Shown: piece after piece, positions 53,054 through 63,453 of the stretch
How positions within the stretch are numbered: position 1 is the first letter of the stretch
Layout: each line of letters starts with the position of its first letter
Assembly: GCA_963798085.1 (NCBI GenBank)
Contig: CAWCRS010000009.1
Coordinates: forward strand, 128,001 to 192,000
DNA length: 64,000 bases
Source: an uncultured Gemmatimonadales bacterium
GTDB lineage: Bacteria > Gemmatimonadota > Gemmatimonadetes > Longimicrobiales > RSA9
Direction: 5' to 3'
Notes under the pieces: model-generated
The model's database searches: none
The model's input: only the letters and a program-made list of their open reading frames with translations
Told to the model about the DNA's origin: nothing
Program-made: the position numbers and the translations under genes

Positions 53054-54366
53054 GATGGCGTCGCGGGGGGCGGGGGCGCATCGTCCAGCGCGAACAGGTC
53101 GCGCACGACACGCGCGTAATCGGCAGCGCGCTCACCCTCCGCCGCGCGCAGCCGCGTCGTGGCCTCGTGCAGCAGCTGCGTGATGAGCGACCGTGAGAGA
53201 TGCTCGACGCGCGCGCGCGCCTCTTCATCGAGCCGGTCGAGTCCGCGCAGCGCGCGCTCCAGCTCCCGCCTGCGGATCAGCTCCGCGCGCCGGTGCAGAT
53301 CACCGATCAGCGGCAGCATGACCGTGTGATTCTGCTCCAGCGCTTTCAGCTCTTCCTCGATGATGGTCTCGACGCGCGGCGCCTCATCGCGGCGCTCATC
53401 GATGTGGGCCGCAACGCGACTGCGCAGATCATTGATGCCCAGCAGCTGCAGGCCCGCCGCCGCCGCCGCCGCCGTGTCGATATTGCGCGGCACCGCGATG
53501 TCGACGAGCAGCGGCAGCGCGGCGGCGCCGCCAACGCGCGCGGCGGCAGCCAGCGTGTCGTGCGTGATGAGCGGCGCATCGCTTGCGGCGGCGGTGAACA
53601 CGACTTCCGCCGCGGCCAGCAGGGCGGGCAGCTCGGCGAGCGGAGCAACGCGTGCGTCGATGCGCGCGGCCAGCGCGGCGGCACGCTCATGCGTGCGATT
53701 CGCGATCGTGATGACGGCATGCCGGCTGGCGAGTGCCTCGGCCGTGAGTGCGCCCATGCGGCCCGCGCCCACCACGAGCACACGCCGTCCCGCGAGACCG
53801 TTGACGCGCTCCGCGGCGAGGTGCACTGCGACCGTGCTCACGCTGGCGGGCTTGCGACTGATTCCGGTTTCGGCGCGCGCGCGCCGGCCGGCAATGCGCG
53901 CACTGCGTGCGATCGCTGCAAGGCGAGGCGGGCCGCCATTGCGGTGCAGCACGTCATCGAAGGCGCGCGCCACCTGGCCTGCGATCTCCGGTTCGCCGAC
54001 TACCAGCGATTCCAGGCCCGCCGTCACGCGACAGAGATGCCGCGCCGCCGCCTCGCCGTGGTGCAGGTAGACGTGCGCGCCGGCGCCCTGAGCGACGTCG
54101 TCGCCTGAAAGAGTCTGTTCCAGCACGCGCTGCGCATCCGGCAGCACCGCGGACGCACACAGCGCGTAGACTTCGACGCGGTTGCAGGTGGCGAGCACGG
54201 CCAGCTCGGCGAAGGGCGGCAACGACTGCTGCTCTGCGACTGCGTGCCGGAACAATGCGCGCAGTGCAGCACAGCGCCGCATGGCCGCTTCCAGGAACGC
54301 GACGGGTGCCACGTGATGGCTCGTGCCTGCGCACAGAAGGCTCAGCGGGTCCTGCTCGGATGCCAC
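53050..54366 (-). CDS. hemA: Glutamyl-tRNA reductase
   Basis: TCNRVE, GLESLVVGEPEIAGQV, VGAGRMG, DIAVPRNID. Confidence 0.95.
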   Translation of the reverse strand: MASEQDPLSLLCAGTSHHVAPVAFLEAAMRRCAALRALFRHAVAEQQSLPPFAELAVLATCNRVEVYALCASAVLPDAQRVLEQTLSGDDVAQGAGAHVYLHHGEAAARHLCRVTAGLESLVVGEPEIAGQVARAFDDVLHRNGGPPRLAAIARSARIAGRRARAETGISRKPASVSTVAVHLAAERVNGLAGRRVLVVGAGRMGALTAEALASRHAVITIANRTHERAAALAARIDARVAPLAELPALLAAAEVVFTAAASDAPLITHDTLAAAARVGGAAALPLLVDIAVPRNIDTAAAAAAGLQLLGINDLRSRVAAHIDERRDEAPRVETIIEEELKALEQNHTVMLPLIGDLHRRAELIRRRELERALRGLDRLDEEARARVEHLSRSLITQLLHEATTRLRAAEGERAADYARVVRDLFALDDAPPPPATPS

Positions 54367-54547
54367 GTGCGTTCACCTCTCGTCTGGACAGCGCGGGCGG
54401 GTAGGCTAACGGCGCATCGCCTGGCGTTGCAAGGCCCGTCGCTGCCTTGCGGCGGCCTTCCGTCCGAGGCGAACGCCGGGCGCTCTTCCACGGTAATAGC
54501 TGACCGCGCGCACGAAATCCGTATTCCACCGGTCCGGAGATTCCCAG

Positions 54548-54885
54548 ATGACGCGATCCGTGATGTCCGGTTATGCGGCGCGCAGCTTCTTCCTCTGGAT
54601 CCTCGTGCGCCTCACGGTGACCGCAGGCATCGCCCTGGCAGCGGATCCGGCAGCACGGCTCCCCGCCGCGGGCGCCGGGAGACTCGCGTGGGTCGGCATT
54701 ACGCCGGCCACCGCTTTTCTCGTGGCCGCTCTCGTCGCCGCGCTGATCCTGCTCGATGTGCGCGCCCTGCGTGAGCGCACGTTCATGGCCAACATCGGCG
54801 TGGGGCTGCACGAAATCGCGGGACTGGCGTTCCTGGTGTCCGCGGCGCTCGAAGTGGTGGTGGCATCCGTGGCCAGGTTGTTCGC

Positions 54886-54889
<4 letters not shown>
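54548..54889 (+). CDS. Small three-TM membrane protein
   Basis: Hydrophobic ORF whose stop overlaps the next GTG (GTGA). Confidence 0.6.
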
Positions 54890-55614
<725 letters not shown>

Positions 55615-55852
55615 CGCCTGCCCCTGCGCATGAAACGGCGCGGCGGCGCAGAGCGTTGGCGGGACTGGCGTACCCAAACACGCAGCTTGCGCCGCCGCGA
55701 ACGCTTGCCCCGGACGCTGGTGTTTCGCCATCATCCAGGCACGCAGAAGGGCCAACTCCGCTGACACACCGCATCGCGCGACGGCACAATGCAACAGACC
55801 GGGCGCTCACGCAGATGCAGAACGTGTACGCCCATCAATCGGGAGGTTTTTC

Positions 55853-56524
55853 ATGCACGCCAAACGCTGCCTGGGTGTCCTCGCCGGGATCGCGATGCTG
55901 CCCGCAGCCGTGGTCGCGCAGAGCAACTTCGAGGGCGTGGTCAGCTACACCATGAGCACCGCCATGGGCATGTCCATGGACGTCACGACCTACGTCAAGG
56001 GTGAGCTGGTGCGGCAGGAGATCAACATGAACATGGGCGGCATGGGCCCCATGGTCGCCATCACGGACACGAAGGCGGGCGTGACCAGGCTGCTGCAGCC
56101 CGCGATGAAGACCTACACCGTGATGGACATGAGCAAAATGATGCCGGGGCAGGAAGACCCTGATGCACAGATCGAAACGACCGATCGCAGCGAGACCATT
56201 GCCGGCCATTCCTGCAAACACGTGCTGATCCACACCACGAACAACGGCAACAAGGCCGACATGGATGTCTGCACCACGGGTGACCTGGGCGTATTCCTCG
56301 GTTCCAGCGTGGGCGGCGGCCGGCAGGGTGGCGCGATGATGGGTGAGAAGCTGCGCGCGGAACTGCGCAAGCGCTTCGCCAATGGCTATTTCCCGCTGAA
56401 GACCACGCTTTCGGTGGGTGGCAATGAAGTCATGACCATGACGGCGACGAAGGTCGAGAAGAAGTCGGTCAATGCCGACCTGTTCAAGGTTCCTGCGGAC
56501 TACAAGGAAACAGGCGGCGGCTGA
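55853..56524 (+). CDS. Secreted protein, DUF4412-like
   Basis: GGAGG RBS, signal peptide, FEGVVSY, ETIAGHSC, LFKVPADY. Confidence 0.75.
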   Translation: MHAKRCLGVLAGIAMLPAAVVAQSNFEGVVSYTMSTAMGMSMDVTTYVKGELVRQEINMNMGGMGPMVAITDTKAGVTRLLQPAMKTYTVMDMSKMMPGQEDPDAQIETTDRSETIAGHSCKHVLIHTTNNGNKADMDVCTTGDLGVFLGSSVGGGRQGGAMMGEKLRAELRKRFANGYFPLKTTLSVGGNEVMTMTATKVEKKSVNADLFKVPADYKETGGG

Positions 56525-56593
56525 GCCTTCGCGAAGTCAATGGCTGCGCGGGCCGCACCCGCCCGCCATGTCAGGACCCCACCAAAGCATGGA

Positions 56594-56630
56594 AAAGCGG
56601 GCCGTTCGCATGACGCGAACGGCCCGCTTT
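56594..56630. terminator. Bidirectional intrinsic terminator-like hairpin
   Basis: AAAGCGGGCCGTTCGC-ATGAC-GCGAACGGCCCGCTTT, a perfect 16-bp stem between convergent genes. Confidence 0.75.
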
Positions 56631-56649
56631 ACGATTGACGGAGTCGGAT

Positions 56650-57609
56650 TCAGTTCGAGCCGCGGCCACCCTTGGCGCCCGGAGGCGTCGGGATGGGGAA
56701 GGGCAGGAAGCCGTCATCGGGTTCCTGCTGCGGCGGGTGCTTCACGCCGAACTCGAGTGCCAGGCCGATCGTGGCGCGCACGTTGTGCACGGCGCTGACG
56801 CCCAGGTCGACTTGCTGGAAGGAATTGTCACGGCTGAGTGTGCCGCTGCTCAGCCGGGTGAGTCGGACGCCCAGCGGTGACTGCGACATGTGGTCCGCCA
56901 CCTCGAAGCGCAGACTGAGCCCGCCCGGCCCGACCGGCAGCCGCAGATCGGTACCGGCACCCATCGATACGGCGAAGCGCGTCTCGAGACCGGCGCGATC
57001 GACGCTGAACGCGAACTCGTCGAGACCGCCCCCGAGCAATGTGACGGTGCCCAGCTGAGCCCCGCTGGCTGCGAGGAACAGGGGAATCGACTCGGACGGG
57101 TCGAAGGTCACGCCGCCGGCGCCCACCATGAAGTAGGGCCGGAACCACTGCTTCCGTGAGTACTCCATCATCCCGACGATGCCCTCGACGCCGTAGGAGT
57201 ACGTCTTGAGCGAGACCTGCGTCGGGTTGGTCGAGGGCGGGCCGCCTGCCGTGGGATCGCCGCGCGAAGGACCGCACCGCGGTTCGGCCGTGAGGCAGGA
57301 CTCGTTGTAGGAGCCTTCGGCGCGGAAGCCCAGGCGGCCCTTCCAGTACGTGATCGCTGCGGTGGCGCCCCGGCCCGGCGCCGCTCTCAGCTCGGGCAGC
57401 AGCACTCGCCTCGCCTCCGGGCCGGTCACGCCCAGCGACTCGAAGAGGACGAGATTGCTCCAGTCCGAGGACCAGAAGTAGCCCGCCGTCGCACTGATCT
57501 CCAGACGGCGAGGTCCATCATAGGGAGTGAACAGGTCGCGCTTCTGCGCGGCAAGGGGCGCTGCGATCAGCAGCAGCGCCGCGGGTACGAAACGACGTGC
57601 GTACTGCAT
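56650..57609 (-). CDS. Outer-membrane beta-barrel-like protein
   Basis: GGAGG RBS, signal peptide, RPYFMVGAGGVTF, GAGTDL, LRFEVADH strands. Confidence 0.7.
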   Translation of the reverse strand: MQYARRFVPAALLLIAAPLAAQKRDLFTPYDGPRRLEISATAGYFWSSDWSNLVLFESLGVTGPEARRVLLPELRAAPGRGATAAITYWKGRLGFRAEGSYNESCLTAEPRCGPSRGDPTAGGPPSTNPTQVSLKTYSYGVEGIVGMMEYSRKQWFRPYFMVGAGGVTFDPSESIPLFLAASGAQLGTVTLLGGGLDEFAFSVDRAGLETRFAVSMGAGTDLRLPVGPGGLSLRFEVADHMSQSPLGVRLTRLSSGTLSRDNSFQQVDLGVSAVHNVRATIGLALEFGVKHPPQQEPDDGFLPFPIPTPPGAKGGRGSN

Positions 57610-57840
57610 GGCGGGGTCCTCCGGGGAAGAGGGAAACCTGCGGCAGTCGCGCGACCCCTGTGGTCGCGTGGGCCGCCCAGTTACTGCGGCGGTCCCGACT
57701 TCCCTGTCGGGGAACACCCCACCAAGGTTGCGCAACCGGCACGACCACGGCAAGTCCCGGCTTCGGCGATCCTTCCCGTCTGGCGCTATCTCGGGCTCTC
57801 GGTGGCCGAGGCTTTTGGGGTGGGGAGGGCAGTGAACGGC

Positions 57841-58042
57841 GTTGCTCAGGCCGGGGCTCGGGCTGGTTGCTGGGGAACCGGCGTAAACTACCAACGTGCG
57901 TTTCTGGGGCTCGGGCTTGGGCTGGTTGTTCGGGAACAGATGAACGGATCGAACGACGCCGGCTGCAAACGCACCTGCGTCGTTGCTGTTGCGCCGTTCC
58001 CGAGCAACCAGCCCGAGCCCCGGCCCAGCCCCAGCAACGGCG
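57841..58042. repeat. Three copies (two direct, one inverted) of GTTGCT(GGGGCT)nGGTTGCTCGGGAACGG-type element
   Basis: Copies at about 57841, 57900 and (inverted) 57992-58042. Confidence 0.7.
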
Positions 58043-58078
58043 TTCCATTGCTTACGACAAGCCGCGCAGGTGACCTGC

Positions 58079-59737
58079 ATGGGACCTGAGGAAAACGATG
58101 CACTGCGTCTGCCCTCGCGCGGCGTGGCTCTGCTGCACGAGGCTTCGCGCAACAAGGGGACCGCGTTCACGCGGGAAGAGCGCGATCTGCTGGGGCTGCG
58201 CGGGTTGCTGCCGCCGCGCGTGCAGAGCATGGAACAGCAGTGTCAGCGCGTCCTCGAAAACCTGAACCAGAAGACGACGGATCTGGAGCGCTACATCTTC
58301 CTGGTGTCGCTGCAGGATCGCAACGAGACGCTGTTCTATCGCGTGGTGGTGGACCACCTGAAGGAGCTGATTCCCATCCTGTACACGCCTACCGTGGGCG
58401 CGGCGTGTCAGGCGTTCGGACACATCTTCCGGCGGCCGCGCGGGCTCTTCGTGTCGGCGGAAGATCGCGGGCAGGTGGCGGACGTGCTGCGCAACTGGCC
58501 GCACCGCGATGTGCGCATGGTCGTGGTCACTGATGGCGAGCGCATCCTCGGCCTGGGCGACCTGGGCGCTTCCGGCATGGGCATTCCCATCGGCAAGCTC
58601 TCACTCTACACGGCCTGCGCCGGCGTGGCGCCCACGCAGTGCCTGCCCGTCACACTGGACGTGGGTACCGATAACACGGCATTACACGACGACCCGCTCT
58701 ACCTCGGTCTGCCGCGTCCGCGGCTGCGCGGCGAGGCCTACGAGGAGCTGGTCGACGAATTCGTGGACGCCGCGCATGACGTCTTTCCCCACGCCGTGCT
58801 GCAGCTCGAGGACTTCGCCACGGAAAACGCGTTCCGCCTGCTGGCGCGCTACCGCGAGCGCGCGCCCGTGTTCGACGACGACATCCAGGGCACCGGTGCC
58901 GTGATCCTGGCCGGACTCCAGGCCGCGGGCCGCATCACCGGGCTCCCGCTCGAGCGCAACCGCTACCTGTTCCTGGGTGCAGGGCAGGCGGCCGTGGGCA
59001 TTGCTGACGCCATTGTTACGGCGCTGATGGCGGAGGGCCTGCCCGAGGCGGAGGCCCGGAGCCGCTGCTGGTTCTTCGACATTGACGGGCTCGTGGTGCG
59101 CCACCGCGTACCGCTGCCGGAGTTCGTGCGACCGTACGCCCACGATTACTCGTGGACGCGGGATCTGCTCGCGGCGATTCGCACGCTGCGGCCCACCGCG
59201 CTGATCGGCGCGACGGGAACGCCGCGCACGTTCTCACGGCCGGTCGTGGAGGCCATGGCGGGGCTGAACGAGCGACCCATCCTTTTCGCGCTCTCCAACC
59301 CGACATCGCGCGCCGAGTGCACGGCCGAGCAGGCCTACGGCTGGAGCGGCGGCCGCGCCATCTTCGCCAGCGGCGGTCCGTCCGACGCGGTCGATTTCGG
59401 TGGACGCACGTTCATGCCCGGACAGGGCAACAACGCCTGGATCTTCCCGGGCGTGGGGCTCGGCGCCATCGCAGCGGGCGCGACGCGCATCACCGACGAG
59501 ATGTTCCACGCGGCCGCGAGCACACTTTCGGCCGAGGTCAGCGATGCCGACCTGGCGCTGGGTCGCATTTATCCGCCGCTCACGCGCATTCGCGAAATCT
59601 CCGCGAAGATCGCGACCGCTGTCGCGGAGCTGTGCTGGGAGCGCGGCCTGGCGCGTGACCCGCGGCCCGCCGATCCCGCGGCGCACGTGCGCGCGCTCAC
59701 CTGGGAGCCGGACTATCCGCCCGTCCCCTTCGACTGA
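58079..59737 (+). CDS. maeA: NAD-dependent malic enzyme
   Basis: NKGTAF, YTPTVG, VTDGERILGLGD, FDDDIQGTG, LSNPT, QGNN. Confidence 0.93.
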   Translation: MGPEENDALRLPSRGVALLHEASRNKGTAFTREERDLLGLRGLLPPRVQSMEQQCQRVLENLNQKTTDLERYIFLVSLQDRNETLFYRVVVDHLKELIPILYTPTVGAACQAFGHIFRRPRGLFVSAEDRGQVADVLRNWPHRDVRMVVVTDGERILGLGDLGASGMGIPIGKLSLYTACAGVAPTQCLPVTLDVGTDNTALHDDPLYLGLPRPRLRGEAYEELVDEFVDAAHDVFPHAVLQLEDFATENAFRLLARYRERAPVFDDDIQGTGAVILAGLQAAGRITGLPLERNRYLFLGAGQAAVGIADAIVTALMAEGLPEAEARSRCWFFDIDGLVVRHRVPLPEFVRPYAHDYSWTRDLLAAIRTLRPTALIGATGTPRTFSRPVVEAMAGLNERPILFALSNPTSRAECTAEQAYGWSGGRAIFASGGPSDAVDFGGRTFMPGQGNNAWIFPGVGLGAIAAGATRITDEMFHAAASTLSAEVSDADLALGRIYPPLTRIREISAKIATAVAELCWERGLARDPRPADPAAHVRALTWEPDYPPVPFD

Positions 59738-59823
59738 CATCGGATTACAGTCCCTGGTCGTTGCTGCCGCGATCGCATTCCGGCCATCCATCCATGCCGC
59801 CGGGACCACGCAATGCGCACGCG

Positions 59824-60207
59824 CTACTTGTGGATGTGCAGCGTGCCCGCGCTGGAGGTGAAGGTCAGGTCGTCGAGGTCATCGGTGGGCATGTCGGCTG
59901 TGTACTTGACGTTGCCCGCGCTGCGCTGGACGGTGAAGCTGATGCGGCCACTGGCCCAGCTGCCCGTGAGCGGAAAGCCCGTGAAGTCGTTCTCGTTCAC
60001 GTACTCCGTGCCCGTGAACTGGCCGGAGGTGCCGCCATCATCGTTGGAGAACAGATCGAACGTGTGGTTGGCATTGGCGACATCCTTCCAGAGGTTCGTG
60101 ATGCTGATGAACGTGGAGGTCAGGCCGGCGGCATCGCCGCACGAGGCGACGGTGCCGGTGGCGAAGGCGATCGCGAGCACGGCAGTGATGCGTCGAAGCA
60201 TGGGCAT
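59824..60207 (-). CDS. Hypothetical lipoprotein
   Basis: AGGAG RBS, lipobox VASC, small beta domain. Confidence 0.7.
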   Translation of the reverse strand: MPMLRRITAVLAIAFATGTVASCGDAAGLTSTFISITNLWKDVANANHTFDLFSNDDGGTSGQFTGTEYVNENDFTGFPLTGSWASGRISFTVQRSAGNVKYTADMPTDDLDDLTFTSSAGTLHIHK

Positions 60208-60231
60208 GATGGAACTCCTCGGAGTCGGGTG

Positions 60232-61212
60232 TCAGCGTGGGCGCAGCTGCTCGATCGTGCGGTTCAGCCGCACGTCGGCTGCATCGAGCGCCCGCGCATA
60301 GTCGGGCAAACGCCGCGTCAGCTCGGCAATCGCGTTGTGGGCACGGGCATCATTCGTGTGCTTCGTGGCGGCGGCCTGAATTGCGATCAGCTGCTCGTTC
60401 AACGGCAGGATGTGCTGCTGGTGCAGCGGCAGCAGCACGTTGTCCAGCAGATCGGCCAGGTCGCGGCGCGCGCCCGCGCCATCAGGCCAGTCCTGCTGCA
60501 GCGCAGTCTCGAACTGCTCGCGCTTCGGCACGACAGCCGTGTAGGCGTCGTTATAGTCGCGCACGGCGCCTTCCAGCGCATCGAGCAGCTCCTGCTTCGG
60601 TTTGTCCAGGATCGTCAGTGCCAGGCGGAACTTGGTGTTGAGATCTCTCGCCATCTGTGACCAGTGGCGCAGTGCCTCCGCCATGGCGGGATACTCCACC
60701 GCCTGGCGCTGACCGCGCGCGGTCTCATCGATCAGGTCCTCCCTGCGCAGGCGCAGCAGCTGCAGGGCTTCATCCATCTTCTGCTCAATGTGTCCGGTCT
60801 GCTCGCTCTGCACGCCGAGCTGCTGCAGCAGCTGCAGCGATTCGCGCCGGCGCTCGGCGAGGGCGCGCGTAATGGTGCGTTCGACCGGTTCACCCACGAC
60901 GAGCACGACGGTCTCGTTGCCGCGCGGCACCACGATGCGCGCATCGGGCGGGTACACGACACTCCAGGGCGTGTCCTGCGGCACCAGTGTCACGGCATCG
61001 ACACCCGCCGGTATCTCGAGGCGGAACTCGCCACTGCTGGACACCGTCGCGGTACCGTACTGCACGGCGCGCAGGCGAAGGCCGGTGACACTGGCCTGAC
61101 CGAGGGCGACCACGCGGCCGCGCAATTGCGTTGTGCCCTGCGCGTGGGCGGAGGAAGCGGAGCAGAGGCCGAGCAGTGTCGTCGCCCACCACGCACCAGC
61201 GAGGAAACGCAC
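60232..61212 (-). CDS. Secreted protein: N-terminal beta-sandwich plus C-terminal helical/coiled-coil region
   Basis: Signal peptide ending AHA-Q, LRGRVV...SSSGEFRL, long helical C-terminus. Start is approximate. Confidence 0.65.
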   Translation of the reverse strand: MRFLAGAWWATTLLGLCSASSAHAQGTTQLRGRVVALGQASVTGLRLRAVQYGTATVSSSGEFRLEIPAGVDAVTLVPQDTPWSVVYPPDARIVVPRGNETVVLVVGEPVERTITRALAERRRESLQLLQQLGVQSEQTGHIEQKMDEALQLLRLRREDLIDETARGQRQAVEYPAMAEALRHWSQMARDLNTKFRLALTILDKPKQELLDALEGAVRDYNDAYTAVVPKREQFETALQQDWPDGAGARRDLADLLDNVLLPLHQQHILPLNEQLIAIQAAATKHTNDARAHNAIAELTRRLPDYARALDAADVRLNRTIEQLRPR

Positions 61213-61240
61213 GACGGCGGGCAGCGTGCGAGGCTTCCGG

Positions 61241-62479
61241 TCAGCCGCCGGGTACGAAACGCACCTCGAGCGGGCCTGCGGGAACCGTGATCGTGTCATC
61301 GTAGCCTGTGGTGCCGTTGCGGGTGGCGCGCAGCTGCAGGACGGTGCCGACCGGCACGGGCAGCGGTAACGCAAAGTTACCCTGCTCGTCGGTATCCGTG
61401 CCCGCCATGCCGTTGCCGAAGTCGAGATGCACACCGGCGAGGGGGTGGCCGGCGCGATCGAGCACCGAGCCATGCACCGGTGTGCGGTACTCCCGCTTCA
61501 CCGCCTGGAACACGACGACGTGGCTCGGTGGCACTGCGACTCGCTGGGGCTGCTCGTCATAACCTGCAATGCGCGCCAGCAGCGTCACCGTGTCGCCGGA
61601 AAAGCGACCGGGCACGGCTGCGAACACCGCGTCACCGCCGCGATTGATCGGCTGCTGCTTTCGTTCACTGCCCAGGTCCAGCACCATTTCGCCCTGTGCG
61701 AGGGAATCGCCTTCGCCGACCGGACCGTGCACGCGCACGGTCAGCGTGAAGGGCGGTCCCGGCCGGTTGCGCGCGAGGCCGCCCAGCAATACGAGCGCGA
61801 ATGCGACCGCGGACAGGCCAGGCGCCAGCACCCTCGCCTGTGAGGCACGCCACACGCGCGACCGCGCAGCGACGAGAACGCTGACAGCGGCCAGCAGGGC
61901 GAGCGTCACGAGGAGCGCGGTGTAGTGAGCCCAGCGGTGCAGCCAGAGGACGCAGGGCAGCACCAGCAGGAGAACGGCCAGCACGGGCAGCAGCGCGCGC
62001 GCCCGGCCGCGGGCAGGCTCGAGGGCGCGCAACAGGTGGTCGACGTCGCTCTCGAACCGCTCGTTAGTGATGGTGACGGCATTGCGGTCGGCGAGTGCGC
62101 GCAGCTCGACGGGCAGTGCCGAGGCGGCGGGCATGGTGGCGCCTTCCACGAGCACCGGTATGATGCGGACAGCCTGCGCCAGCGCGGTCGTGATCTCGAG
62201 GCGCACGGCATCGGCGGGATCGTCGAGACGGGCATGGCCGGTGTCACCCAGCCAGTGCGGTCCGATCACGACGAGCAGTGCTTCGCACTGCGACACGGCG
62301 AGACGCAGCCGTTCGCGGAAATCCGCACCGGCCTCGATCGTCTCGACATCCAGGAAAATGCGCGCCTCGCCGAAGCGGTCCACGAGCCGCTCACGCAGCG
62401 CGCGCGTGAAGCCGGCGCTGTCGGCGCGACGGTAGCTGATCACGATCACGGCTGTGCGGGGGCTCGACTCAGACCGCAA
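61241..62479 (-). CDS. TIR domain - transmembrane - carboxypeptidase-regulatory-like (Ig-like) domain protein
   Basis: ISYRRADS, FLDVETIEAGADF, VVIGPHW, VRLEITTAL, IPVLV. Three TM helices, then VHGSVLD..G.PLAGV...TDEQGNFAL. Confidence 0.85.
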   Translation of the reverse strand: MRSESSPRTAVIVISYRRADSAGFTRALRERLVDRFGEARIFLDVETIEAGADFRERLRLAVSQCEALLVVIGPHWLGDTGHARLDDPADAVRLEITTALAQAVRIIPVLVEGATMPAASALPVELRALADRNAVTITNERFESDVDHLLRALEPARGRARALLPVLAVLLLVLPCVLWLHRWAHYTALLVTLALLAAVSVLVAARSRVWRASQARVLAPGLSAVAFALVLLGGLARNRPGPPFTLTVRVHGPVGEGDSLAQGEMVLDLGSERKQQPINRGGDAVFAAVPGRFSGDTVTLLARIAGYDEQPQRVAVPPSHVVVFQAVKREYRTPVHGSVLDRAGHPLAGVHLDFGNGMAGTDTDEQGNFALPLPVPVGTVLQLRATRNGTTGYDDTITVPAGPLEVRFVPGG

Positions 62480-63437
62480 CGCGCGCGGGAGGACGGCCCG
62501 TGCGGTTCACCTGCGCGCGCTGGAATTCGTAGGCGGACAGGCGAGCCATGGACGCGCCGGCGCCCAGCAGCGCGCCCGTCGCCTGCGCCACGAAATCCAC
62601 GGCGAGACCGAGCACGACGCAGGGGAGCGCCGTCACGATTCTGCGCGCTGACACGCCATTACGGTGACCATAGCGCACGACGTGCGACAGCCGGACCAGC
62701 GGAATCGCGGGGCTGGCGGCAGCGAACGCAACGCGCTTGAGCGGCGACCAGCCGGCGGCGCGCGTGGCGGCAAAAACGCGGCCCAGATGCCACTGCACAT
62801 CGAGCCACACACCGAGCCGGGAAAAGTTGGTGTGCGCCGTGGTGGCGGCGGGTTCGAAGAGGAGCGTGTGGCCGCGTCGCCGCAGATCCCAGAGCAGTAC
62901 CGTTTCCGCCTCCATCAGCCGGTCGAGGTGCGCGTCCTGCTCGAGCAGAACGCTGCGTTTGTAGCTGACGTTGTGACCCGGCAGCAGATTCATGATGGCA
63001 CGGCGGCCGGGCGCCAGCCAGCGGCCGTAGCCGAGGAAGAGGTCGGCCCAGCTCACGACCGTCTCGGGATTGGCGTTGCGGATGGCGGGCGCCACCGCGG
63101 CGTGCGGTTCCCGGTGCGCCTCGAGCAGCGCTTCAGCCCAGCCCGGGTCGGGGAAACAATGATCCTCCGTGAAGGCGACCACGTCGGCCCGTGCTTCCCG
63201 GATCGCCCGCGCGCGCGGCGGTCCGGATGTGGTCAGGTCGCCCGCTTCGAGCACACGCACACTGTGCAGCGCCGCGACGGCAGCGGCGTCGACCTCGAAG
63301 CGGTCAGCGCCGGGCGCGCAGATGAGCAGCTCGATACGGTGCGCGATCGTCTGGCGGCAGAGATGCGCGACGGTGGTGCGCAGCGAATCGAACGTGTCCC
63401 AGGTGGGCAGCACGACGCTGATCGCGGGTTCTTCCAT
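62469..63437 (-). CDS. Glycosyltransferase family 2
   Basis: ISVVLPT, VAFTEDH (DxD-like), PGHNVSY. Confidence 0.85.
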   Translation of the reverse strand: MEEPAISVVLPTWDTFDSLRTTVAHLCRQTIAHRIELLICAPGADRFEVDAAAVAALHSVRVLEAGDLTTSGPPRARAIREARADVVAFTEDHCFPDPGWAEALLEAHREPHAAVAPAIRNANPETVVSWADLFLGYGRWLAPGRRAIMNLLPGHNVSYKRSVLLEQDAHLDRLMEAETVLLWDLRRRGHTLLFEPAATTAHTNFSRLGVWLDVQWHLGRVFAATRAAGWSPLKRVAFAAASPAIPLVRLSHVVRYGHRNGVSARRIVTALPCVVLGLAVDFVAQATGALLGAGASMARLSAYEFQRAQVNRTGRPPARVAV

Positions 63438-63453
63438 GCTTGTGCGCGCCGTT

